Shown here one piece after another: positions 55,804-64,000 of a DNA stretch of 64,000 nt. Origin of the DNA: a virus. The notes below the pieces were generated by a model. The model ran no database searches. It saw only the letters and a list, made by a program, of their open reading frames with translations, and was not told the origin of the DNA. The stretch covers positions 1-64,000 of the IMG/VR virus record IMGVR_UViG_3300032296_003821; one strand, 5' to 3'. Positions within the stretch are counted from its first letter, which is position 1. The number at the start of each line of letters is the position of its first letter. The position numbers were made by a program, and so were the translations under genes.

Positions 55804-57807
55804 ATGTCATTAATTAAACCGGAACAGTTACGATCAGGATCATATAATATAACGGGTTCGTTATTTGGTACTTCTTCCTTTGCTACAACTGCGTCATATG
55901 CTTTAAATGTAGCTAATATAGACACAGGAAGTTTACTTATAACTGCTTCCGCTACTAATGACACTATTACTTTTACTAAAGGAGATGGATCAACATTTCC
56001 TATAGTAATAGATAATGTTGCAAGTGCTTCATATGCTTTAACAGCATCATATGCTGTTTCTGCTTCATATGAAATTAACTATGAAGTTTCTTCATCATAT
56101 GCTGAAACCGCTTCATTTGCTATTACAGCATCTTATGCTTTAAATGCACTTTCAAGTTCATATTCATTAACTTCTTCATATGCTGCAACTGCTTCATATA
56201 TTGATACTCTCTATAGTAGTAATTATACACAATCATTTACAAATCAATCTACTTGGACAGTAATTCATAATTTAGATACTCGTTATGTTATTGTACAAGT
56301 ATATGATACAGCATTTGATGAAGTAATCCCACAAAACATTGATTTAACAGATGACAATACTGTTACTATCACATTCCCTACCCCAGAAAGCGGAACTGCA
56401 GTTGTAACTGTAGGAGGTGCTTTACAAAATTCAGGAGCTGTATCTTCTTCATATGCTTTAAATTCTACAAGTGCATCATTTACTTTAACAGCATCATATA
56501 TTAACCCAACCTTTATTTCAGCTTCAGCAGCTGCTGCTGGGTTCGGTTCTGGAGGTACTATTACTATTCCTGGTAGTAATACTCAAATATTATTTAACAG
56601 TGCAAGTGCATTAGGAGCATCATCTAATTTCATATTTGATTATACTCTTGGAAGTTTACAACAAGGTTTTAATAACCTTGCTTCAGGACAATATTCACAT
56701 GCTGAAGGACAATTAGCAACAGCATCTGCAGTGTATTCACATGCCGAAGGAGGTGTTACTAGAGCAACTAATTTTTATGCTCATGCTGAGGGAGCTGACA
56801 CTACTGCTGCTGGAATAGCAGCTCATTCTGAAGGTAATTATACTTCAGCACAAGGAAATTATTCTCATGCTGAAGGAGTAAGTAATATATCCACAGGGCT
56901 AGGCTCTCATGCTGAAGGTCAACAAACTACATCCCAAGGAAATTATTCTCATACCGAAGGATATAGCACTAGTACTCTCGCAATATATTCACATGCTGAA
57001 GGATCAGGTACTACAACTCAAGGAGTAGGTTCTCATGCTGAAGGAAATTTAACTTATGCTAATGGCCCTTATTCACATGCTGAAGGTAATTCAACAATAG
57101 CAACTGGAAATTATTCTCATGCTGAGGGGTTTAGAACTTTAGCTAGTGGTCAATATTCACATACTGAAGGATATTATACTACTGCTTCGGGAAATGGAGC
57201 CCATACCGAAGGATACTATACAATAGCTTTAAATGAATTTTCCCATGCTGAAGGTAGATCTACAATAACCTCAGGACAATATTCTCATGCTGAAGGATAT
57301 GGAACCATAACCTCTGCACTTTATCAACATACCCAAGGTACTTTTAATCTTACTAGTTCAATAACCGGAGCATTTATTCATGGTAATGGTGCTGATGATT
57401 TGAATAGATCTAACTTAATATTTGCTGCAGGTAACCAAGTTCAAATTACTGGATCACTTGCAGTAACAGGATCACTAATTGTAACTGGATCTACTCAAGG
57501 AAATGTAGCTGCTTTAACAATATCTTCAAATACTGCATCTGTAGATTTAACTAGAGCTAGTTTCTTTACAATCACACTTACTTCAGGTGTTACTACACAT
57601 ATTAGTGCAAGTAATATTTTACCTGGTTCTACTAGCACAATACTAGTTACAACGGATGGAACTTCAAATGTATCTTTTCCATCAAACGTAAAACAACCAT
57701 CTGGTTCTTTTTATACTGCCTCTGCAGTATCTGCAAAAGATATATTGACATTTATATCATATGACTCAACAAATCTATATTTAGCAAGTGTTAAAAATTT
57801 AATATGA
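55804..57807 (+). CDS. fibre/adhesin with TASYA repeats and about 16 SHAEG repeats
   Basis: SHAEG repeats at about 56690-57340; W.V.HNL.T module; C-terminal beta domain. Confidence 0.85.
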   Translation: MSLIKPEQLRSGSYNITGSLFGTSSFATTASYALNVANIDTGSLLITASATNDTITFTKGDGSTFPIVIDNVASASYALTASYAVSASYEINYEVSSSYAETASFAITASYALNALSSSYSLTSSYAATASYIDTLYSSNYTQSFTNQSTWTVIHNLDTRYVIVQVYDTAFDEVIPQNIDLTDDNTVTITFPTPESGTAVVTVGGALQNSGAVSSSYALNSTSASFTLTASYINPTFISASAAAAGFGSGGTITIPGSNTQILFNSASALGASSNFIFDYTLGSLQQGFNNLASGQYSHAEGQLATASAVYSHAEGGVTRATNFYAHAEGADTTAAGIAAHSEGNYTSAQGNYSHAEGVSNISTGLGSHAEGQQTTSQGNYSHTEGYSTSTLAIYSHAEGSGTTTQGVGSHAEGNLTYANGPYSHAEGNSTIATGNYSHAEGFRTLASGQYSHTEGYYTTASGNGAHTEGYYTIALNEFSHAEGRSTITSGQYSHAEGYGTITSALYQHTQGTFNLTSSITGAFIHGNGADDLNRSNLIFAAGNQVQITGSLAVTGSLIVTGSTQGNVAALTISSNTASVDLTRASFFTITLTSGVTTHISASNILPGSTSTILVTTDGTSNVSFPSNVKQPSGSFYTASAVSAKDILTFISYDSTNLYLASVKNLI

Positions 57808-57808
57808 T

Positions 57809-58660
57809 ATGTTTATTCCATTTGGTTTTTTTCAAAATTACTCACTAGCTTCTGCTATTACTTCTTCAATTACAGGTTCTCCTTGGCAACAAATTGATAC
57901 TATTGTTTCAACTTTACGAAGCAATGTTACCGATTTTAGAAATCCAAGATTTTTTGTTTATCGATTAGATGGTAATGCTTTCAATATTAATGATGGTGGT
58001 AATGATATGTTTGATAGTGGAAATAGCACTATTCCTTGGCTCCGTTCCAATACAGTATACTGGAACCCAGGATCAGCAACTTATACTGCTTCACCGGCAA
58101 TGTCATATGCATTACAAACTAGTTCATTAACTGATACAAATTTATATTATGCCTCAATTGGGTATACCCAATCAGCAGGAACATTCCCAGCAGCACAAAG
58201 CGCAATATACCATCCGTTAACAATGATTAGTGCTCGTAGTGGTTCAGGACCAATTGGATGGCAAAAAACAGGAAATATTGGAGCTGATGGGGCCGGAAGT
58301 ATTTTAACAGGAAGTATATATACTGGTTCTGTAGTAAATGGATTTACAACATATGCTTACTTTAGGCAAACATATGGTCAAGCATCTGATCCAAACATAT
58401 GTGATGTTTATATGTTATTTGGACATCCAAACTGGGATTCTAATTTTGGAACTGTTGTTTGGTCTGCAAGTTTAAGTACTCAAGGACAGGGAGCTACATT
58501 ATATGCTACAGGATCTGCTTCTAATTTATTAGCAGTAACTACTCTATTAAGTCAAACAGGTAGTACTCCATCTGGTGCTAGTTTACCAATTAGTGCTAGT
58601 GATATTGCTACAGTCGTAGATAATTTTGCATTACGAATTAAACAATCACTATCTTATTAA
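57809..58660 (+). CDS. fibre-tip/adhesin-like structural protein
   Basis: I.DGGNDMFD.GN motif; S/T/G-rich. Confidence 0.6.
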   Translation: MFIPFGFFQNYSLASAITSSITGSPWQQIDTIVSTLRSNVTDFRNPRFFVYRLDGNAFNINDGGNDMFDSGNSTIPWLRSNTVYWNPGSATYTASPAMSYALQTSSLTDTNLYYASIGYTQSAGTFPAAQSAIYHPLTMISARSGSGPIGWQKTGNIGADGAGSILTGSIYTGSVVNGFTTYAYFRQTYGQASDPNICDVYMLFGHPNWDSNFGTVVWSASLSTQGQGATLYATGSASNLLAVTTLLSQTGSTPSGASLPISASDIATVVDNFALRIKQSLSY

Positions 58661-58688
58661 CCCATAATATTTATAACAAAATAAATTA

Positions 58689-58940
58689 ATGAGATTATTT
58701 TCCCCTGTCATAACCGGATCTTTAGATGTTACAGGCTCAGCATCTATAACTGGTTCTTTATTCGTAAAGAGTGATTCTAATGATATTTTTCTCATTAAAA
58801 ATTCAAATAATACTCCTGTTTTAACAGTATCCCAAAGTGGAGTAGTAATTTTTTCTACCCAATCTCAGGAGCTTGCAGGTCCTGCTCCAAATGGCGGGAT
58901 TTATTTTACTTCTGCATCATTTTTTGTTGGTCTCGATTAA
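58689..58940 (+). CDS. short fibre-associated protein
   Basis: ITGSL repeats; GGIYF C-terminus; ATATTTAT at 58667-58674. Confidence 0.65.
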   Translation: MRLFSPVITGSLDVTGSASITGSLFVKSDSNDIFLIKNSNNTPVLTVSQSGVVIFSTQSQELAGPAPNGGIYFTSASFFVGLD

Positions 58941-58983
58941 GGGTAACATATGTATAATAAAACAATTTAAATAAGAAAACAAT

Positions 58984-60246
58984 ATGGCAACTTGGAAAAA
59001 AGTCATTGTCTCGGGTAGTGCAGCAAACCTATCAGCTTTACAAGTAGACAACTTAACTTCCGGTCAGGTAGTAATTGGTGGTGGTACAGGTAACTTATCC
59101 ACAACAGCAGTTAACGGCACCGGAAACATTGTAGCAACTACTGGTGCTACAGGATTATCAGCATCTGGTTCATTTAGTGGTTCATTTCAAGGTACTTTTA
59201 CAGGTACTACGAATTTACCTGATTTAACTCAAGGTACTGGTATTACAGCATTTACGTATGACGGTGGTGCTACAGCAACAGTAGCAGTAAGTGGTGCATC
59301 TGCTTTAAGTACTAATAACATTACAAAATGGACAGGTACAGCATTTGCAAACTCCTCATTAACTGATAATGGTACAGCAATTACAGGTACTACTTCATTG
59401 CAATTATCTGGTGCCAATTCAAGCCTTTCAGGATCATTTAGTGGTTCATTCTTTGGTAATGGTGCTGGCTTAACGGGTGTTACTGCAACTCCAATATTCC
59501 CAACAATTGCTAAAACTGATTTAACTAGTACTGATCAATTCTTTATTAATGATGGTGCCAATAAGTATATTACTTATGGTAACCTATTAACTGATTTAGC
59601 TGGTACTAATTTAGCAGTTGAAGGTACAGATAGTTTAACATTAGCTACTACTATTACAGGTATTACTTCAATTAGTTCAACTGCCTTTACAGGATCACTT
59701 TTAGGTAATGTTAATGGTACTGCAAGTTGGGCTACAAATGCTTTAACAGCATCTAATATTACTCCTTCAATTACTAATAATACAAATAATTATGTATTAA
59801 CAGCAACTGGTGGAGGAACAATTAATGGTGAATCTAATTTACAATTTGATGGTACTACATTAACAGTAACAGGTAATCAAGTATTAACTGGTAATTTAAC
59901 AGTACAAGGTACAGCTTCATTCCAACAAACTACTAATTTAGAAGTTGCTGATAGATTTGTATTATTAGCTTCAGGTTCAAATACTGCAGGCGATGGTGGT
60001 TTAGTAATTCAACAAGGTACTCAAAACGTAGGTGAATTGTTTGGATATGAAAACTCAATTAATCGTTGGGGTTTCACATCAAGTTTTTCAGCAGGAAATT
60101 CTTCATTTTCAGCAGTAGCATATGCAACTACTACAGAAGTTTCTACAGCAGCCCCTGCAGCAGCTCCAATTTATGGTGGTGCTTCTAACGGCTATGGTAA
60201 TATACATGTTAATACAGCTACAGGAGATATTTTTATCTACTCTTAA
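58984..60246 (+). CDS. tail fibre protein ([10 protein letters not shown]-terminus)
   Basis: T/G/S-rich; GNLTVQGT...TTNL.V.D.F..L fibre motif; ATATGTAT at 58948-58955. Confidence 0.8.
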   Translation: MATWKKVIVSGSAANLSALQVDNLTSGQVVIGGGTGNLSTTAVNGTGNIVATTGATGLSASGSFSGSFQGTFTGTTNLPDLTQGTGITAFTYDGGATATVAVSGASALSTNNITKWTGTAFANSSLTDNGTAITGTTSLQLSGANSSLSGSFSGSFFGNGAGLTGVTATPIFPTIAKTDLTSTDQFFINDGANKYITYGNLLTDLAGTNLAVEGTDSLTLATTITGITSISSTAFTGSLLGNVNGTASWATNALTASNITPSITNNTNNYVLTATGGGTINGESNLQFDGTTLTVTGNQVLTGNLTVQGTASFQQTTNLEVADRFVLLASGSNTAGDGGLVIQQGTQNVGELFGYENSINRWGFTSSFSAGNSSFSAVAYATTTEVSTAAPAAAPIYGGASNGYGNIHVNTATGDIFIYS

Positions 60247-60265
60247 TAAATTAAATAAATTAGTT

Positions 60266-60466
60266 ATGTCTTTTATCGCAGGTCACGTCGCAGGTGATAA
60301 TAATGAGAAAAAACAACAACCTCTATCTTCTAACCAATTAACGGCTAAGGAGATAGAGGTTTTGCTTTCTATGATTAAACGTACAACTTTCCTTGGAGAG
60401 GATATTGAACCTTTATATAATTTGGTTGTAAAATTACAAAACCAATACATAGAACAAACTAAATAA
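60266..60466 (+). CDS. small helical protein, putative fibre assembly chaperone
   Basis: Start moved to ATG 60266; LT..EIE.LL..I....F.G.D......KLQ. Confidence 0.7.
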   Translation: MSFIAGHVAGDNNEKKQQPLSSNQLTAKEIEVLLSMIKRTTFLGEDIEPLYNLVVKLQNQYIEQTK

Positions 60467-60474
60467 TTTAAGTT

Positions 60475-60714
60475 ATGAACCTATTCTCAGTTGACTTTTC
60501 CCATGCGGAATTGAACTTTATCCGTCAAGCATTAGAAACAGTTCCAATTCAAGGACGTGATGCTAAATTTTGTGCCTCTATTCAAATTAAGCTAGAACAT
60601 GAACTAGAGGAAATTACACAAATGATTAAAGCTGAAGAAGAATCAAAAATGTTAAGTCTTCAACAGATAATCCAACATGAAGAAACAAAAACTTCAACCA
60701 GGAAAAAACAATAA
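60475..60714 (+). CDS. small helical protein, paralog-like to 60266
   Basis: FS..EL..I...L....I.G.DA.......KL. Confidence 0.7.
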   Translation: MNLFSVDFSHAELNFIRQALETVPIQGRDAKFCASIQIKLEHELEEITQMIKAEEESKMLSLQQIIQHEETKTSTRKKQ

Positions 60715-60728
60715 TATATTTATTACCG

Positions 60729-60786
60729 TATTATAGGCCCGAAAAGGGAAGTGGACACAGCATATTCTGTGTAACCAACCGTAATA
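60729..60786 (+). ncRNA. candidate three-way-junction cis-regulatory RNA leader
   Basis: P1 60729-37/60779-86, P2 CCC-GAAAA-GGG, P3 TGG+ACACAG/CTGTGT+CCA; lies between ATATTTAT (60716-23) and ATG 60796. Confidence 0.55.
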
Positions 60787-60795
60787 AACATATAA

Positions 60796-63084
60796 ATGCC
60801 AAACTGGAAAAAAGTCATAGTATCGGGCTCGGATGCAGCCTTAAATTCTTTAAACGTAACATCCCACTTCACGGCAAGTGGTCTTATATATCCAACTGTA
60901 GATGGTACTGTTGGTCAAGTTATTATAACTGATGGTGCTGGAAATCTTTCATTTTCTCCTATAGAAAATACAGCAATAGTAATTAAAAATGTTTCAGGAG
61001 GTACTATTGCAAAAGGTACTCCATGTTATATTACATCATCTGGTACCTCAGGTAATATTGCTGGTGTTTGGCCTGCAGATGCCTCTAATCCTGCACGAAT
61101 GCCTGCAGGAGTCATTGCAGGAGAGACATTAAATAATGGTGATGAGGGTGTAGGTTTAATTAATGGCTATATTGGAGGTGTAGACACTTCAGCATTCGGT
61201 GCTGGTGATTCAATATATGTTAAAGCTGGTGGTGGTTATACTAATGTACGCCCAACAGGCTCATCTATTTTAGTACAAAAACTAGGTAATGTTGAAAAAT
61301 CAGCTATCAATGGTTCAGGTGTAATCAACGGCCCAGCATATTATAATGATTTACCCAATATACAATCAGGTTATACTTGGGTAGGAAATAGCAACGGAGT
61401 TGCAGTTGCAGTTGCAACATCTTCAATTCAAAATGTAGTAAGTGCTTCATATGCTACTTCAGCTTCATATGCTCAATTTGCCGCTACTCCAACAGTAGCA
61501 GGTGCAACAGGAGCAACAGGACCTCAAGGTGCTACTGGAATTACTGGCGCAACAGGAGTTACTGGTGCAACTGGACCTACTGGACCTCAAGGTGCTACTG
61601 GTGTAACTGGAGCAACAGGACCACAAGGAATTCAAGGAGCAACTGGGGTAACAGGAGCCACTGGTCCACAAGGAATACAAGGTGCAACAGGAGTTACTGG
61701 AGCTACTGGACCACAAGGGATACAAGGCGCAACAGGTATTACTGGAGCGACAGGCCCACAAGGAATACAAGGCGCAACAGGTATTACTGGAGCAACAGGC
61801 CCAACTGGACCACAAGGTGCTACTGGTATTACTGGTGCCACTGGTATAACAGGTGCTACTGGAGTTACTGGAGCGACAGGCCCAACTGGACCGCAAGGTG
61901 CAACCGGAGTAACTGGAGCTACTGGACCAACAGGTCCACAAGGCGCAACAGGTGTAACTGGAGCAACTGGTCCACAAGGAATACAAGGTGCAACAGGAAT
62001 CACTGGTGCAACAGGACCACAAGGGATACAAGGTGCAACCGGAGTAACCGGAGCAACAGGTCCTCAAGGTCCACAGGGCGCAACCGGAGTAACAGGTGCT
62101 ACTGGAGTTACTGGTGCAACAGGTATTACTGGAGCTACTGGACCACAAGGCCCGCAAGGCGCAACTGGGGTAACAGGTGCTACTGGTCCACAAGGACCAC
62201 AGGGCGCAACCGGAGTAACCGGAGCAACAGGGCCACAAGGTCCGCAAGGAGCTACTGGGATAACAGGCGCAACTGGAGTAACTGGTGCTACTGGGATAAC
62301 AGGTGCAACCGGAGTAACAGGTGCAACAGGTCCTCAAGGAATACAAGGCGCGACAGGAGTAACTGGAGCTACTGGTCCACAAGGAATACAAGGTGCTACT
62401 GGTGTAACTGGAGCTACTGGACCACAAGGTCCGCAAGGCGCAACAGGAGTAACCGGAGCTACGGGACCGCAAGGTCCACAAGGTGCCACTGGTGTGACAG
62501 GTGCGACAGGTGTAACTGGAGCTACTGGACCGCAAGGCGCAACCGGAGTAACCGGAGCTACTGGAGTTACTGGTGCAACAGGCGTTACTGGAGCTACTGG
62601 TGTTACAGGTGCTACTGGTGCTACATTAGCTGTAAACAATAACGTTAACAACTATGTTATTACCGCTACTGGAGGATCAAGTGTAAATGGTGAAGCTAAC
62701 ATGACGTTCGATGGTTCTACATTAAATGTTACAGGTACTATCCGCGCTACAACTAAATCCTTTATCATTGACCACCCAACCAAACTCAATAAAAAATTAC
62801 AATATGGTGTACTCGAGGGACCTGAACATTCAGTTTACCTTAGAGGACATTTATATAATACTAATGCAATTATATTCCCAGAATATTGGTCTACTTTAGT
62901 ATCAATAGATTCAACAACTGTTTCATTAACACCAGTTGGAAAGTACCAAAATTTATGGGTAAAAGAAATTACAGATACTCACATTATTGTAGGTTCTGAA
63001 ACAGAAGAAATCAATTGTTTCTATGCTGTGTTTGCAGAACGTAAAGATGTAGAAAAATTAGTAACAGAATTTGACAAAGAATAA
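60796..63084 (+). CDS. collagen-like fibre protein with C-terminal intramolecular chaperone-like domain
   Basis: [10 protein letters not shown]-terminus; about 125 G-X-Y triplets; KSF.IDHP...L....LEGPE..VY.RG...P.YW. Confidence 0.9.
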   Translation: MPNWKKVIVSGSDAALNSLNVTSHFTASGLIYPTVDGTVGQVIITDGAGNLSFSPIENTAIVIKNVSGGTIAKGTPCYITSSGTSGNIAGVWPADASNPARMPAGVIAGETLNNGDEGVGLINGYIGGVDTSAFGAGDSIYVKAGGGYTNVRPTGSSILVQKLGNVEKSAINGSGVINGPAYYNDLPNIQSGYTWVGNSNGVAVAVATSSIQNVVSASYATSASYAQFAATPTVAGATGATGPQGATGITGATGVTGATGPTGPQGATGVTGATGPQGIQGATGVTGATGPQGIQGATGVTGATGPQGIQGATGITGATGPQGIQGATGITGATGPTGPQGATGITGATGITGATGVTGATGPTGPQGATGVTGATGPTGPQGATGVTGATGPQGIQGATGITGATGPQGIQGATGVTGATGPQGPQGATGVTGATGVTGATGITGATGPQGPQGATGVTGATGPQGPQGATGVTGATGPQGPQGATGITGATGVTGATGITGATGVTGATGPQGIQGATGVTGATGPQGIQGATGVTGATGPQGPQGATGVTGATGPQGPQGATGVTGATGVTGATGPQGATGVTGATGVTGATGVTGATGVTGATGATLAVNNNVNNYVITATGGSSVNGEANMTFDGSTLNVTGTIRATTKSFIIDHPTKLNKKLQYGVLEGPEHSVYLRGHLYNTNAIIFPEYWSTLVSIDSTTVSLTPVGKYQNLWVKEITDTHIIVGSETEEINCFYAVFAERKDVEKLVTEFDKE
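61501..62625 (+). repeat. collagen G-X-Y repeat region (GAT/GVT/GIT/GPQ/GPT/GIQ)
   Basis: 1125 nt of uninterrupted Gly-X-Y triplets with varied synonymous codons. Confidence 0.95.
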
Positions 63085-63087
63085 GTT

Positions 63088-63723
63088 ATGGCTCTAAATT
63101 ATGGCCCTAATATAGTTACTAATGGATTAATCCTCCATTGGGACCCAGCTGATAAAAATTCTTATCCTGGATCTGGTACTACTATGTATGATTTAACAGG
63201 AAATGGAAACCATGCAACATTATATAATGGTGTAGGATATAATACTACCAATGGTGGTGTTTTAGAATTTGATGGTGCCAATGATATTGCTCATGGGGGG
63301 CCTAATATGGCATCTTCTAATTATACATTAATGGGAGTTGCTAGATATGTAACAATTACCGGACGAGTTATTGCTGGGTGGTATAATAACTGGTTATTAG
63401 GTCATTGGGCTGGATACACAAATGATCACTATGCTGAAGGATGGGTATATTATAACCCAACTATCCAAAATACCAACTGGGCTATTTATGCTGGCTCAGG
63501 AAATATTACATCAGATTCTTATCAATTTTACATGAATAATGTATTATTAGCTTCAAATAGTGAAGGCAGTCAAGGACCTAATGGGATAACACTTGGTGCT
63601 GGAGGAGGGGGATATGAATATTCAAATGCACAAACAGGACCTATACTGTTATATAACAGAGTGTTAACTCAACAAGAATTAACTCAAAATTACAACTCAT
63701 TAAAATCAAGATTCGGATTATAA
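63088..63723 (+). CDS. LamG/concanavalin-like fibre-tip protein
   Basis: GP.IVT.GL.L..D.A...SYPGSGT...DL.G..N; YNR.LT..E..QNY...K.RFGL. Confidence 0.85.
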   Translation: MALNYGPNIVTNGLILHWDPADKNSYPGSGTTMYDLTGNGNHATLYNGVGYNTTNGGVLEFDGANDIAHGGPNMASSNYTLMGVARYVTITGRVIAGWYNNWLLGHWAGYTNDHYAEGWVYYNPTIQNTNWAIYAGSGNITSDSYQFYMNNVLLASNSEGSQGPNGITLGAGGGGYEYSNAQTGPILLYNRVLTQQELTQNYNSLKSRFGL

Positions 63724-63724
63724 T

Positions 63725-64000
63725 ATGCCAACTTCAGTAGGACCAAATATCGTTAAACAAGAAAACTTAAAAACCGTTTTAGAAGCAGCAGATGTTAACT
63801 CTATGCTTCCTATGTCTACATTTTTAAATATGTCTTCATGGGTTGTAGGAAATGGAGGAATAGGTAATTACTCTGCAAATGGTAATTATGGAGAAAATGA
63901 ACGCTTAATAGGAACCGATCCGTGGGGTAATTCTGCAATAGTTTGGCAATCAAATCCTTCTGGAGATAATTATGCTGATGGTGGATGGAATAATGGATAT
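63725..64000 (+). CDS. LamG-family-like fibre-tip protein, truncated by window end
   Basis: MPTSVGPNIV... N-terminus resembling 63088; open to the end of the window. Confidence 0.65.
   Translation, partial: MPTSVGPNIVKQENLKTVLEAADVNSMLPMSTFLNMSSWVVGNGGIGNYSANGNYGENERLIGTDPWGNSAIVWQSNPSGDNYADGGWNNGY

Noticed and set aside
51460-57340. SHAEG repeats or collagen repeats as a CRISPR array or DGR template/variable repeat
   Set aside because: The repeats are in-frame protein repeats with synonymous variation. There is no invariant DNA repeat, no adenine-specific divergence and no reverse transcriptase in the window.
98-62651. All minus-strand ORFs in the track (e.g. 61465-62535, 46340-46699, 9053-9409)
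   Set aside because: They are antisense shadows of well-supported + strand genes or of collagen and acidic repeats, and show no independent motifs.
1-64000. Stop-codon reassignment, introns or inteins
   Set aside because: Core genes are full-length and contiguous in the standard code, and TAA, TAG and TGA all end genes. No insertion is seen in terminase, primase, portal or capsid.

Overview
This 64 kb window is an AT-rich segment of a large tailed dsDNA phage with T4-type head genes and a contractile-tail baseplate. The host is probably Bacteroidota, judged from (T/C)TTG-N19-20-TAnnTT(T/A)A promoters, A-rich translation starts without Shine-Dalgarno sites, and an Hc1-like histone gene. Every credible gene lies on the + strand and uses the standard code. 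The order is: a GC-richer, repeat-rich first kb with a tRNA-like element; a DUF285 adhesin; small early genes (GIY-YIG, HD hydrolase, gp55-like sigma factor); a baseplate block (6.4-22.6 kb); GIY-YIG, primase and exonuclease; a cluster of small proteins and enzymes at 24.8-37.7 kb; terminase, portal, protease, scaffold, major capsid and PhoH; then neck, tail-terminator and fibre genes. Four signals stand out. (1) Many unrelated proteins, including a kinase, a nucleotidyltransferase/peptidase fusion, a HAD phosphatase, a nuclease and a HiPIP-like protein, share short amphipathic N-terminal leaders ending in hydrophobic-X-Glu. One leader copies the scaffold C-terminus. This suggests a modular system for loading capsid cargo and releasing it by protease cleavage. 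(2) The tripeptide (S/T)-G-S is strongly enriched in outer virion proteins only, which looks like a virion-wide modification sequon. (3) An ATATTTAT late-promoter motif, the reverse complement of the T4 late promoter, precedes most structural genes. (4) There are candidate structured RNAs: a three-way-junction leader and a mini-tRNA lacking an anticodon arm. All family calls come from reading motifs by eye. No database search was run and all counts are manual.
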